64,000 nucleotides of DNA from an uncultured bacterium (lineage in GTDB: Bacteria > Babelota > Babeliae > Babelales > Vermiphilaceae), in contig OY969699.1 of the NCBI GenBank assembly GCA_963702025.1, positions 768,001-832,000 on the forward strand, written 5' to 3'. The notes under the pieces were generated by a model, which made no database searches, was not told where the DNA came from, and worked only from the letters and a program-made list of their open reading frames with translations. The position numbers and the translations under genes are program-made. Below are positions 19,975-29,250 of this stretch, piece by piece (the stretch's first letter is position 1; every line of letters begins with the position of its first letter).

Positions 19975-20259
19975 ATGATTTTTAACTATATCAAAATTGT
20001 TCTTTGCTTGAGTATTCTACCATTGCTGCCTGCCTGCTGTTGGAGCAAATGTTTAAAAAAATGTGATCCGTGTGGCACCTGCACCGATTCAACGGTATTT
20101 CATGAGCCCCAAATGAGCAGAAGCTATATAGAAGTTCCAGTCCAAACACCGGAAGTAATAAATGTTCCTGAACCTGAAGATATACAGCAAGAACTCATGG
20201 ATGAAGATGATGATTCAATAATCGTTATTGAAGAAGACGATGAATTGCCTTCATCATAA
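19975..20259 (+). CDS. Small Cys-rich putative lipoprotein with acidic tail
   Basis: GGAG RBS, lipobox-like LPAC followed by CWSKCLKKCDPCGTC, and a D/E-rich C-terminus. Confidence 0.65.
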   Translation: MIFNYIKIVLCLSILPLLPACCWSKCLKKCDPCGTCTDSTVFHEPQMSRSYIEVPVQTPEVINVPEPEDIQQELMDEDDDSIIVIEEDDELPSS

Positions 20260-20908
20260 GTGCCAGCACCTCTTCTTTACTTAACAAAGAATCGTCAATT
20301 ACTATTGCTCCTCCCGGAACACACAGAGGTGCAATGGCACGGTTGCAATCACGTTGATCCCGTGCCTCAACGGCGGCTCGCGCTTGATCAAGAGTAATAT
20401 TTTTACCCTTGGCTTCCTGATCTTTTTGCCAACGAGCAGCACGCACTTCGAGTGATGCTGTAAGAAAAAACTTTACTTGTGCGTGCGGAAACACTACCGA
20501 TCCGGTATCCCGGCCTTCCGCAACCAGATCATGGCTATTGGCAAGATAATGTTGCAAGGTGACCAATGCCTGCCGCACATCATTATTGGTTGCCAGAATT
20601 GAAGAATAATCGGTAATTTTTTTATCACGTAAGAATGGGGTGATATTTTTGGTATCAAAAAATAATTGCTCATTATGGATCGCATCGTAGCGATACATAA
20701 ACCGATCATGCGCCACCGCAGCATCAATATCCGCTTTGCGGGGATTACGCATATTTTCTTCTCGGTAATGGAATTCGTTTTCTAAAACATATGCCAATCC
20801 TCGAAACAGAAGACCGGAAGAAAGATAATAATAACCGAGCCGCTGGGCAAGTGTGCGCGCTGCCGTTGTTTTTCCACTAGCCGTTGGTCCATCAATGGTG
20901 ATAATCAT
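20225..20908 (-). CDS. cmk: Cytidylate kinase
   Basis: ITIDGPTASGKT, AEGRDTGSVVFP, RDQRD motifs. Confidence 0.95.
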   Translation of the reverse strand: MIITIDGPTASGKTTAARTLAQRLGYYYLSSGLLFRGLAYVLENEFHYREENMRNPRKADIDAAVAHDRFMYRYDAIHNEQLFFDTKNITPFLRDKKITDYSSILATNNDVRQALVTLQHYLANSHDLVAEGRDTGSVVFPHAQVKFFLTASLEVRAARWQKDQEAKGKNITLDQARAAVEARDQRDCNRAIAPLCVPGGAIVIDDSLLSKEEVLALMMKAIHRLLQ

Positions 20909-21237
20909 ATAACCTATTATTTTTTACGTATTTCGATTAACATTTTTTTAAAACAGAATCAATTGCAGAGTCATTCGAATCTTCTTTTTTGTAACCATGA
21001 TCCTCAAGTAACCGACTGCTCAACTGCAACATCCTCAACTCTATATTTCAATAATTTTCTCTCATCTGTATCACTAAGTCAAAAGAATCTTACAATGCTA
21101 TTTTTCTTTGATTACTTACTGGCAAAAAAGACAAAGAATTACTCATCCAAAAAGTGCTCTTTTTGCCGATTAATACTGGATTTTTTTACAAAAATCCCTA
21201 ATCTGTTTATATAGATTATTCATTTAATGAGGTTATC

Positions 21238-21594
21238 ATGCTTAAAAGTAATTCCAAAAAGATAATTTTTATCGTTTTCTGTATCCTTCCCGCCCAACAA
21301 TGTTTTGGTAGCGAGCTTGCCCAAGTACTTAAGCAAAATAGTGTCGCAGCTGCTAAAATTGGTCTTGGTGTTGCCGGAATCGGCTTATCAGGCCTTTGTT
21401 TACTAGCAAGCCGTTTTGGCTATTCAGAGTATTGTTCTTGTAATAGTGAAATCACCAGCAGTCCCAGCACTTTATGTGATCGCCATCAAATAGCACAAAA
21501 TTTATTAGAAGTGCTTAAGGGTTCAAAATCGCTGGTCGTTGAAAATTATAAGCAATTAAAGCGATTGAATATATCATTGCCGCTAAAAATTTAA
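21238..21594 (+). CDS. Hypothetical protein, possibly truncated
   Basis: GAGG RBS, signal-like N-terminus plus one hydrophobic helix. Confidence 0.5.
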   Translation: MLKSNSKKIIFIVFCILPAQQCFGSELAQVLKQNSVAAAKIGLGVAGIGLSGLCLLASRFGYSEYCSCNSEITSSPSTLCDRHQIAQNLLEVLKGSKSLVVENYKQLKRLNISLPLKI

Positions 21595-21637
21595 TAATTT
21601 CCAATTCTTTATACTTTATTCAAAATAGTACTCAAAG

Positions 21638-21682
21638 CTACACTTTCAGCGCAATATCGATTCCCTGTAATTCAATAGACAC
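21638..21682 (-). repeat. Displaced copy 1 of the recJ 3' end
   Basis: 21644-21682 is 35/39 nt identical to 22658-22696, all four differences synonymous; reads VSIELQGIDIALKV-stop. Confidence 0.9.
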
Positions 21683-21706
21683 AACACACCCTACTATGGA
21701 GATTTT

Positions 21707-22117
21707 ATGAATAACCAATTTAAATTAATAACCGCCGCCGCACTCGCAATGGCCGCGCTGACAGCAAATGCCATGACATCGGAGGACAAAATATCAGGAA
21801 TATCAAGACATAAAACTATAGATAAAAATGGCACTGTAACCTATGTTTATTGCATAGGATACAACAATCATGCTTTTTACCCGAACGGAAGAGCCTGGGT
21901 CCACCGCAGTTTCTCCCCAGAAGGAAATTGCTCCTACAGAGTCTTTTATGAGAAGAATAAATCTGAACGACTCAAACTAAGCATACCTGAATATTATGCT
22001 CAGCCGTGTTTCTATTCTATGGACGCAAAAGAATTTCACCAGATCGAGTCTTTCTACCTCAGAGAAAAAGAGGCTGCAAGAAAAAAACAAATAGGAAACC
22101 TCAAAGCAAAACTCTAA
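21707..22117 (+). CDS. Hypothetical exported protein
   Basis: GGAG RBS; signal peptide ending ANA|MTS. Confidence 0.7.
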   Translation: MNNQFKLITAAALAMAALTANAMTSEDKISGISRHKTIDKNGTVTYVYCIGYNNHAFYPNGRAWVHRSFSPEGNCSYRVFYEKNKSERLKLSIPEYYAQPCFYSMDAKEFHQIESFYLREKEAARKKQIGNLKAKL

Positions 22118-22128
22118 GTGATTAACTA

Positions 22129-22158
22129 AAGGGAAAGATATAAAACCTCTTTCCCTTC
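22129..22158. terminator. Terminator-like hairpin
   Basis: AAGGGAAAGA..TCTTTCCCTT stem. Confidence 0.6.
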
Positions 22159-22159
22159 C

Positions 22160-22228
22160 TTATTTCACTGCAATATCAATGTCCTTCAATTCAATCGAAA
22201 CTCGACACATTTCAGTTTTATTCACTTG
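22160..22228 (-). repeat. Displaced, degenerate copy 2 of the recJ 3' end
   Basis: Reads QVNKTEMCRVSIELKDIDIAVK-stop versus RecJ QVNENHWNGRVSIELQGIDIALK-stop. Confidence 0.8.
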
Positions 22229-22255
22229 CTCGGAAAACCAGCTCAATTTTTTATA

Positions 22256-22312
22256 TCAGTGCTGAATAGTAATGATACGCACTGTTTTTTCAGTTACTAC
22301 AATAAAATTATC
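22256..22312 (-). pseudogene. Probable C-terminal remnant of a DUF5615/PIN-like toxin
   Basis: DNFIVVTEKTVRIITIQH-stop directly after the DUF433 gene; no start codon. Confidence 0.45.
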
Positions 22313-22565
22313 CGACCAAGCTCGACTCTACAAGAGGAGCAAATGAAGTACTTTCTAAAGCTTCAGTTGCAAAAAAAAGACAGGCACGGATATCGTCTTG
22401 TGTGAGGCCTTTATACTCAGCCGTTATTTCATCTACGGTCATACCCTGCGCTAGAAGTCCTAAAATAAACTGCACGGTAAGACGTGTTCCAGTAATAGTT
22501 GGCTTTCCTAACATAACGTGAGGATTAATTACAATCCGTTTAAGTAATTGTGTTTTATCACTCAT
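22308..22565 (-). CDS. DUF433 antitoxin-like protein
   Basis: RIVINP.VMLGKP.I.GTRL.V..IL..LA.GM...EI..EY..LT..DI.ACL pattern. Confidence 0.9.
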   Translation of the reverse strand: MSDKTQLLKRIVINPHVMLGKPTITGTRLTVQFILGLLAQGMTVDEITAEYKGLTQDDIRACLFFATEALESTSFAPLVESSLVG

Positions 22566-22654
22566 GATAAAGAGCTCGCTTTGTTTGTCGGGGTTCTACC
22601 AATTTTTTATTAAGAATACTTAACTGCCCAGAAAAAACTACTCCGATATCTCTT

Positions 22655-24379
22655 TTATTTCAGCGCAATATCAATTCCCTGTAATTCTATTGATACTCTG
22701 CCGTTCCAATGATTTTCATTCACCTGTACCGCCAGATCAAAAGAATCTTGACCAAGATCATTGAGTGTCTGGAAAAGTTCCGGCCGATTAAAAAAGATAA
22801 CCGGTTTAATCACCCCATCGGCAAAGACTGAACATTTTACATGTGCATCTTTGAGCATCATCGGTTTTTGCACTATCACCGCATCTTTTACATAAAAACT
22901 TGGATGGCTGTTTTGATTGCCAAACGGTTCAATATGCGCAAGATCATCAATAAACTTTTTGGTAAGATCCGGCATTGTTACCTCTGCATCCAGCGTTATT
23001 TTAGGGCGCAATTCTTCGCGTGAAACCTGTTGCAATAAAAGTTCTTGCAAGCGCGCTTTAAGGATCGGTAAATTTTTTGCCGGCAAACTTAATCCGGCAG
23101 CCATCGGATGTCCGCCAAATTGATCAATCAGATCGGCGCAAGCGGTCAATGCTTGGAACATGTTAAATTCAGGGATCGAGCGGCATGATCCTTTTGCTTT
23201 ACCATCTTTGGTTAAATGGAAAAGCAAGGTTGGCTTGCCATAGCCGCCAACAAATCGTGAAGCAACCAACCCAATAACGCCGGGCGTCCAATCAGCGCTT
23301 GCGGCAATAATAATCTGATCTTCATCAAGATTAATTTTTTTAGTGGCGATTTCTGTTTCTATGCTCGCAACAATGGTGCGTTCAATATCTTTGCGCGCTT
23401 GGTTTAATTCAAAAAGCACTGCCGCAACTTCTTTTACGATTGCCGCATCAGCACCAATTAAAAATTTTACTCCCTGACGCGGATCCTCTAATCTTCCTAA
23501 GGCATTAATTTGCGGCGCGATAGAAAACCCAATGTCGGTCGCCGAGATAATTGGTTTGGTAACTTTGCCATTTTGCTTGAGGGCTTTGAGTGAAAGGCTT
23601 TCAATTTTATTTACATAGTTCAGCCCATGCCGCACCCAAAATCTATTCTCGCCCAACAGTGGCACCACATCGGCAATGGTCCCCAGCAACAATAGTTCAT
23701 ATGCTTTTGCCGGCAACTGCAAGCCCTTTTGTTCATACAAGAGTGAAAGCAATTTAAACCCAACGCCAACACCGGCCAATGATTTAAATGGATAGGCACA
23801 ATCAATCTGATTGGGGTTCACAATCGCATAGGAATCCGGCACATGATCATGTGGTTTATGGTGATCGGTGATAATCAAATCAATGCCCAGCTCTTTTGCT
23901 TTGAGCGCCGGTTCAAACGCGGTGATTCCGTTATCAACGGTAACAATAAGCGTATACTTATTTTGCGCGGCCCGCTCCACAACCTTTGTTGAGATGCCAT
24001 AGCCATCTCGCAACCGATGGGGCAAGAAAAAATTAACATCCGCCCCGAGCGGCAATAAACAGATCATCATTAACGCCGACGAAGTGATACCGTCGACATC
24101 ATAATCCCCAAAAATTAATATTTTTTCTTTATCGGCAATCGCTTTTAAAATGCGGTCCACCGCTTTTTGCGCATCTTTCATCTGCGCCGGATGAGCAACA
24201 TCTTTTTCAAATGAGCTAAATAAAAAAGAATCGATCTGCTCTTTGGTGGTATAGCCACGAGAAAAAAGCAGTTGCGCAATCGGATACGAAATATTATAAG
24301 ATGCAGCAATTGACCAGATTGCATGAGGGTCCCCGTGAGGCATTTTCCAAAGATATTTTGCCCCTCTTATGATGGCCAT
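22655..24379 (-). CDS. recJ: ssDNA-specific exonuclease RecJ
   Basis: GDYDVDG, TVDNG, TDHH, GTIADVVPL, GSCRS, GGH motifs. Confidence 0.97.
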   Translation of the reverse strand: MAIIRGAKYLWKMPHGDPHAIWSIAASYNISYPIAQLLFSRGYTTKEQIDSFLFSSFEKDVAHPAQMKDAQKAVDRILKAIADKEKILIFGDYDVDGITSSALMMICLLPLGADVNFFLPHRLRDGYGISTKVVERAAQNKYTLIVTVDNGITAFEPALKAKELGIDLIITDHHKPHDHVPDSYAIVNPNQIDCAYPFKSLAGVGVGFKLLSLLYEQKGLQLPAKAYELLLLGTIADVVPLLGENRFWVRHGLNYVNKIESLSLKALKQNGKVTKPIISATDIGFSIAPQINALGRLEDPRQGVKFLIGADAAIVKEVAAVLFELNQARKDIERTIVASIETEIATKKINLDEDQIIIAASADWTPGVIGLVASRFVGGYGKPTLLFHLTKDGKAKGSCRSIPEFNMFQALTACADLIDQFGGHPMAAGLSLPAKNLPILKARLQELLLQQVSREELRPKITLDAEVTMPDLTKKFIDDLAHIEPFGNQNSHPSFYVKDAVIVQKPMMLKDAHVKCSVFADGVIKPVIFFNRPELFQTLNDLGQDSFDLAVQVNENHWNGRVSIELQGIDIALK

Positions 24380-24464
24380 GCGGATCCTAGCTGAGCTATG
24401 GTAACTAATTTTTTATTATCAGAGCTAAAGATACCGTAATTATACAAAAAAAGAAGTTAATTCA

Positions 24465-24773
24465 TTATGATATCGAACAACATGATAAACATTCAAGCTC
24501 AAGACAAGCGCAATCCATACAACATTGACTATTAGCGCAACGAGTTGCGCATGAATTAGGATCCGGTTGCGTTGTGGCCTCTTCTTGAGCATTAATATCT
24601 TTTGGCGAGGCACTAGATTTATTGTTATCATCCAGAGGAATTTGTGTTAATTTATCGCTTTCTTTAAAAGCTACAATTTTATCTCTATTTTTTTCCATTA
24701 CCTCCTTGCCATTTTGCATAGCGGCACATGAGATAAAGCTCAATATGCATAGTATCGCTAAAATATACTTCAT
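24465..24773 (-). CDS. Small exported protein with Cys-rich tail and C-terminal CaaX-like motif (CSIS)
   Basis: AAGGGGA RBS, signal peptide CAA|MQN, ends CCMDCACLELECLSCCSIS-stop. Confidence 0.7.
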   Translation of the reverse strand: MKYILAILCILSFISCAAMQNGKEVMEKNRDKIVAFKESDKLTQIPLDDNNKSSASPKDINAQEEATTQPDPNSCATRCANSQCCMDCACLELECLSCCSIS

Positions 24774-24786
24774 AGAGTTCCCCTTC

Positions 24787-26697
24787 TTATGAGAGATATT
24801 GATTGAATGACGTTAATAAAGCACTGCAGGCCATACCGGCATTAAATTCGCCCAGTGCCGTCACGCATCGTGCTTGCTGCGGCGTATATGAAAAATTAAA
24901 GGTATCGCACGGACCGGAATTAATGCATGCCTCACTATCAAAATCTTTTAGAATCGAATAGAGCGCAGCATATGCCGGATCATTTTTGTATACTTCCAAT
25001 AAGGCATGATCAACGATTATCGGCACATAAATTACCGTCGGCACTTGTGGATCATCGTCACTAAAAACACTCACCGCATGTTTATCAATATCGGTATAAT
25101 CAATTACGGGGAACGGTAAATTGTTTGCACGAGCATAATTTTCAACATTGCGTAATTCAGCACCAATAGTGCCGGCAGAGGCATCAATAAAAATAATAAT
25201 ATCGGCGTGCCGATCCGGCCGCTGCCCGCTAATAGGTGGGTACGGCAAATTAAAATCGGTACCCGCATCAACAAGCCGCAACACCGGCAATGCGTCACGA
25301 GGAATGCCGGCCATTTGATAAATGCAATTTAAATATTCAGCGGTGACCAGACGATCATTACCATACTTTTGTAGAATCCTGGCAAGAATCGTATGCACTA
25401 ATGCTGATTGCGTGGCATTCATAAGATTTTCATCTTGGAATATCTGCTTAATGGTAGCACCAATTGCCAATCCAAAGGTTCCCAAGAATGTGCCCATAGA
25501 TTGTTCTGGCGCATTGCTAACCGAAAGCCCATTTTTAAATTTTCTACCAAAGGCCCACGTTGGCACATAGGCAGCAAAACGTGAGGCGCCAATTTCATAC
25601 GGCGTAAATTCATACCAAATAGTTTCGGTTTGATTTTCTTCACCGCTCACCGCGGTATAAATAGGCAACGGCAATGAGCCATCGCCAATAGCCGCAACCT
25701 GTTCAGAAAGATGCACACTATTTTTGTTCTTTGCAAAAAGACCAAACAGATTATTAGCAATACAGGCCCCATATAAATCAACAAAGCCAACCGGCTGCCC
25801 CGAACAATATTTGGTTAGTACCACCTCTTCTATGAGTGCAGCATCATCAACAGAAAGACCATCCATGTGAGAATAGATATGGTTAATGAGCCAGTCATGA
25901 AAAAGATCAATAGACATGCCGCTCGATATCCATGATGCGATTGCCCACGTTGACCCTGATAGCCCAACTAAATACGAAACAAGATCAAATGTTCCGTGTT
26001 TAATGAACGCTTTTAAAGCGCCGGTGGTATAGAGCATTGCCCTGTATCCGCCACCACTACAGGCAATAGCAACGCGTGGAATTTTTTGTGATGAAGTATT
26101 AAATCCGTATTTTGTTAATGCCTGGCAAATGTAGGCAAGACGCCGCGTACTCTGATCATATTCGGTCGGCACTAAGCCATTACCGGTGCGCACAAAGGCA
26201 AAAGAATCTTTATACGGATTATTTTTGATTGCCGGCAACCTATCAAAAAGCAGCTCTTCAGCCTTCTGTAGAGGCCCTTGATTGGTGTCCCATTCGGATG
26301 CGGTATAACCATAAACATCATCATCTTCCACCGCAATATAAAAGAGCGCACCTTGATTATTATCAACGGCCAGCCCATGATAGGCATCAACCATTGCCTT
26401 AGACACAGTTTGCGCAAGAAGTGATACATCTTCAACAAACAACAATATCAGTGAATGCCCCCACCATATTTGTGGCCGTTCAATCTCTAATTCTTGATGT
26501 GATTCGATAGAATAAATCGCCGTTACACGATTTGCTGATTGATCAATAAAGGGGATCCACATCCGCTGATCATAAAGCGCAACATGCAAATCGCGCGGCG
26601 TTTGATTATACACACTGATAGTGTCAGAATAAATTCGGATAAATAAGACGAAACTTACGAGTAACAGAAAGTTCGTTCTCTTCATTTTTTTATTCAT
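24787..26697 (-). CDS. cPLA2/phospholipase B-type lipase, paralog 2
   Basis: SGGGYRAM, GLSGSTW nucleophile elbow, PLPIYTAV, WYEFTPYE, LVDAG catalytic Asp; signal peptide. Confidence 0.88.
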   Translation of the reverse strand: MNKKMKRTNFLLLVSFVLFIRIYSDTISVYNQTPRDLHVALYDQRMWIPFIDQSANRVTAIYSIESHQELEIERPQIWWGHSLILLFVEDVSLLAQTVSKAMVDAYHGLAVDNNQGALFYIAVEDDDVYGYTASEWDTNQGPLQKAEELLFDRLPAIKNNPYKDSFAFVRTGNGLVPTEYDQSTRRLAYICQALTKYGFNTSSQKIPRVAIACSGGGYRAMLYTTGALKAFIKHGTFDLVSYLVGLSGSTWAIASWISSGMSIDLFHDWLINHIYSHMDGLSVDDAALIEEVVLTKYCSGQPVGFVDLYGACIANNLFGLFAKNKNSVHLSEQVAAIGDGSLPLPIYTAVSGEENQTETIWYEFTPYEIGASRFAAYVPTWAFGRKFKNGLSVSNAPEQSMGTFLGTFGLAIGATIKQIFQDENLMNATQSALVHTILARILQKYGNDRLVTAEYLNCIYQMAGIPRDALPVLRLVDAGTDFNLPYPPISGQRPDRHADIIIFIDASAGTIGAELRNVENYARANNLPFPVIDYTDIDKHAVSVFSDDDPQVPTVIYVPIIVDHALLEVYKNDPAYAALYSILKDFDSEACINSGPCDTFNFSYTPQQARCVTALGEFNAGMACSALLTSFNQYLS

Positions 26698-28724
26698 CCT
26701 TTTGGTATGGAGTTATCCTTTCTTTGGCCAACCCATTTTATATTTTCAATAATCGTATCGATCGCACTGTAACTATTAAGCTCGCCCATGAGCATAACAT
26801 TTTTGGCTTGATCCGATGGGTAGGTAAAGTTTTCACTGGCACACACACCTAGTCTAAAGCAGACATCTATATCAAAACTGGCAAATTGTTGTATTTTAGA
26901 TTTTAAATCAGCGCGTTTCATTTCTAGTTCTTTGAGTGCCTTTTGATCAGCAATTCGCGGCATATAAATAACCACCGGTGCCTTTACATTTTTTGCATCT
27001 TTAAAAATACTCACCGCTTTTTTCATTACCTGATCATAGGTAATTTTAGGAAATGGTAATTTATGGGAACGTGCATAATCTTCAATAATTTTAAGGCTCG
27101 AAACACGCAGACTTTTTGGATTGGTTGGATCAATGCTTAATAAATTATCTGACGCATCAACGCAAATGAGTATGTCCATATCTCTGCCCGGCCGCTGGCC
27201 ACTCACCGGCTGGTAGGGTAAATTAGAGAATGAAACACCCGCATCGGTTAAACTTAAAAATGGCGCATCTTTAACCGGACTATTTGGCATGTCACGGCTG
27301 AAATTAAGCACCTTTGCTTCAAAGGGGCGATAGGCGCCAATTTGCTCATCAATTTCCATTACAATGTTTTTTGCAAATTGGAGTGGCATTTTTTTCTCAA
27401 GATCTATTTCTTGGAGCATACGCGTAATGCTGGCTCCTAGGGCAAAACCCCAGATTCCCATTAAGTTCCCAAGACTTAATTCCGGCGTGTCGGTACGCAC
27501 CAAATTACCATTGCGGAATTTAGCGCCAAATGCGCGTGCCGGCACATACATGCCAAGCCATGAACCACCCACTTCATACGGCGTAAATTCATACCACATA
27601 TTTTCAACCGCAAGACTTTCAGCTCTCACCGCTGTATAAATTGGCATCGGCAAATGTCCGCTTTCTATAATTCTTGCTTGCTCAGAGAGATGCTGGCGCT
27701 GCTTCATTGCGCCCTGTTTGCCAAAAAAAGTGTTGGCGAGTAATGCGCCATAGAGATCCACCGGGCCAAGGGGTTGCTCAAAAAGGTATTTGGTGATGAG
27801 CATTTGTCCTATCAATGCCGCATCATCAGAAGACACATTTTTTACCCCGTTGGATAATTTGTCTACTATCCAATCACAAAACACCGGCAATGGCACTCCT
27901 GATGAGTACCAAGAGCCTATTCCCCAGGTTGAACCCGAAAGTGTTGCTACATAAATTATGGCATTTAAAACACCCGATTGTTCAAGCGCACGCAAAACGC
28001 CGAGCGTATAAAGCATTGCACGAGTGCCACCGCCGCTCATTACAAGTGCAATTTTTACCGGTTGAGTCAATGAGGTGCCGATCAATTTTTCTTGCGCTTG
28101 TTTAACGCGCGGTAATCGCCGTGCCACATAGGTTTTTTCAGCTTCGGGCAAATCATTGCCCACTCTCACCTGCGCCGGCTGGCCTCTATATGGGTTTTCA
28201 TTAATTGCCGGCAATTGCTTAAACACCAGTTCTTGGGCTTTATCAAGAAGCGCTTTATTAACGTTCCACTCAACCGTGGTATACCCCAGCAGTATTCCTT
28301 CTTTTTCACCAATATAAAAAACATCACCTTGCAGATCGCCCACATTTTTAGAATTAAATTTTTCTTTTACGTCAAAATAGGGCAATTCCGGTTTAAAAAG
28401 ATTTTTGTCTTCCAGAAACACAAGTTCGCGATCATACCCCACTTTGCGTGCCGGACGTTGTACAATGCCCGATGCTTGGCTTTCCACAAATTGTACCGGT
28501 GAGGCAAGCTTTGCCGTTTGATACTCGTTCTCCCACGGCAACTTCATGCGAAGGTAATAGATGCCAACATACAAATCACGCGGCGTTTGGTTATGAACGG
28601 TGATGCGATCGCCGACTTCCGGCGCCATTTTTTGCACCGCCGGTTCTTCTTTGAGCGTAACCGGTGCATACAAGTTCGCAAAATTTAAGAGCGCGAGCGA
28701 GAGTACTATTTTTTTTGCATCCAT
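26694..28724 (-). CDS. cPLA2/phospholipase B-type lipase, paralog 1
   Basis: SGGGTRAM, TLSGSTW, PMPIYTAV, WYEFTPYE, LTDAG; signal peptide. Confidence 0.88.
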   Translation of the reverse strand: MDAKKIVLSLALLNFANLYAPVTLKEEPAVQKMAPEVGDRITVHNQTPRDLYVGIYYLRMKLPWENEYQTAKLASPVQFVESQASGIVQRPARKVGYDRELVFLEDKNLFKPELPYFDVKEKFNSKNVGDLQGDVFYIGEKEGILLGYTTVEWNVNKALLDKAQELVFKQLPAINENPYRGQPAQVRVGNDLPEAEKTYVARRLPRVKQAQEKLIGTSLTQPVKIALVMSGGGTRAMLYTLGVLRALEQSGVLNAIIYVATLSGSTWGIGSWYSSGVPLPVFCDWIVDKLSNGVKNVSSDDAALIGQMLITKYLFEQPLGPVDLYGALLANTFFGKQGAMKQRQHLSEQARIIESGHLPMPIYTAVRAESLAVENMWYEFTPYEVGGSWLGMYVPARAFGAKFRNGNLVRTDTPELSLGNLMGIWGFALGASITRMLQEIDLEKKMPLQFAKNIVMEIDEQIGAYRPFEAKVLNFSRDMPNSPVKDAPFLSLTDAGVSFSNLPYQPVSGQRPGRDMDILICVDASDNLLSIDPTNPKSLRVSSLKIIEDYARSHKLPFPKITYDQVMKKAVSIFKDAKNVKAPVVIYMPRIADQKALKELEMKRADLKSKIQQFASFDIDVCFRLGVCASENFTYPSDQAKNVMLMGELNSYSAIDTIIENIKWVGQRKDNSIPKG

Positions 28725-28852
28725 GACCCTTTTCCTTTCTACAAAAATTTTGCTTCAAATCATACAGTAAAAAACGGGATGGGATAAAGTCAAGCTCCTT
28801 GAATTGAGAGCGAAGAGACTTTGCTTTGGCGATGATTGGAAGTGCCTTCACG

Positions 28853-28897
28853 TCCGTTCGTGGTGAGTGTTTCGCGTAGCGAAATGTATCGAACCAT
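28853..28897 (+). repeat. Type A palindromic repeat
   Basis: TCCGTTCGTGGTGAGTGTTTCGCGTAGCGAAATGTATCGAACCAT. Confidence 0.85.
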
Positions 28898-28944
28898 TTT
28901 TCGAAGCACGTCTCGAGAATTTTTATCTACTTTACTCAAGAAGA

Positions 28945-29067
28945 GAATTATCATTACAATCTGTTGCAAAGCAGATACAAGAAAAGAAGATGACTCTTGA
29001 ACAGGCTAAAAAAATCTTACCTAATGATCTGCACCAAGAACTGGAAAAGGTGTTAAAAACTCCGTAA
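28945..29067 (+). pseudogene. Orphan C-terminal gene fragment
   Basis: Coding-like LSLQSVAKQIQEKKMTLEQAKKILPNDL..KTP-stop; the only upstream start lies inside the repeat. Confidence 0.4.
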
Positions 29068-29250
29068 GCAACAAACTACCTTTTTCAGGTTAAAATGTTT
29101 GAAAATCCACCCATCTTTAAGCAAATTTTGCTTGAAAATCCAGGCAATTCAAATATCATGTTTGCTTTTTGACCAAAATGTTGTAATTTTATATCTGATT
29201 ATTGACCAAATCTTAATAAATATTGCTTGATTTTTGACCAAAAGGTTCTT

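Noticed and set aside
20963..21214. 83-aa ORF upstream of cmk
   Set aside because: TTG start without RBS in AT-rich divergent promoter DNA; no recognisable features.
28730..29250. Duplicated lysS 3' end analogous to the recJ tails
   Set aside because: Only a very short LKK-like match near 29080, not distinguishable from chance.
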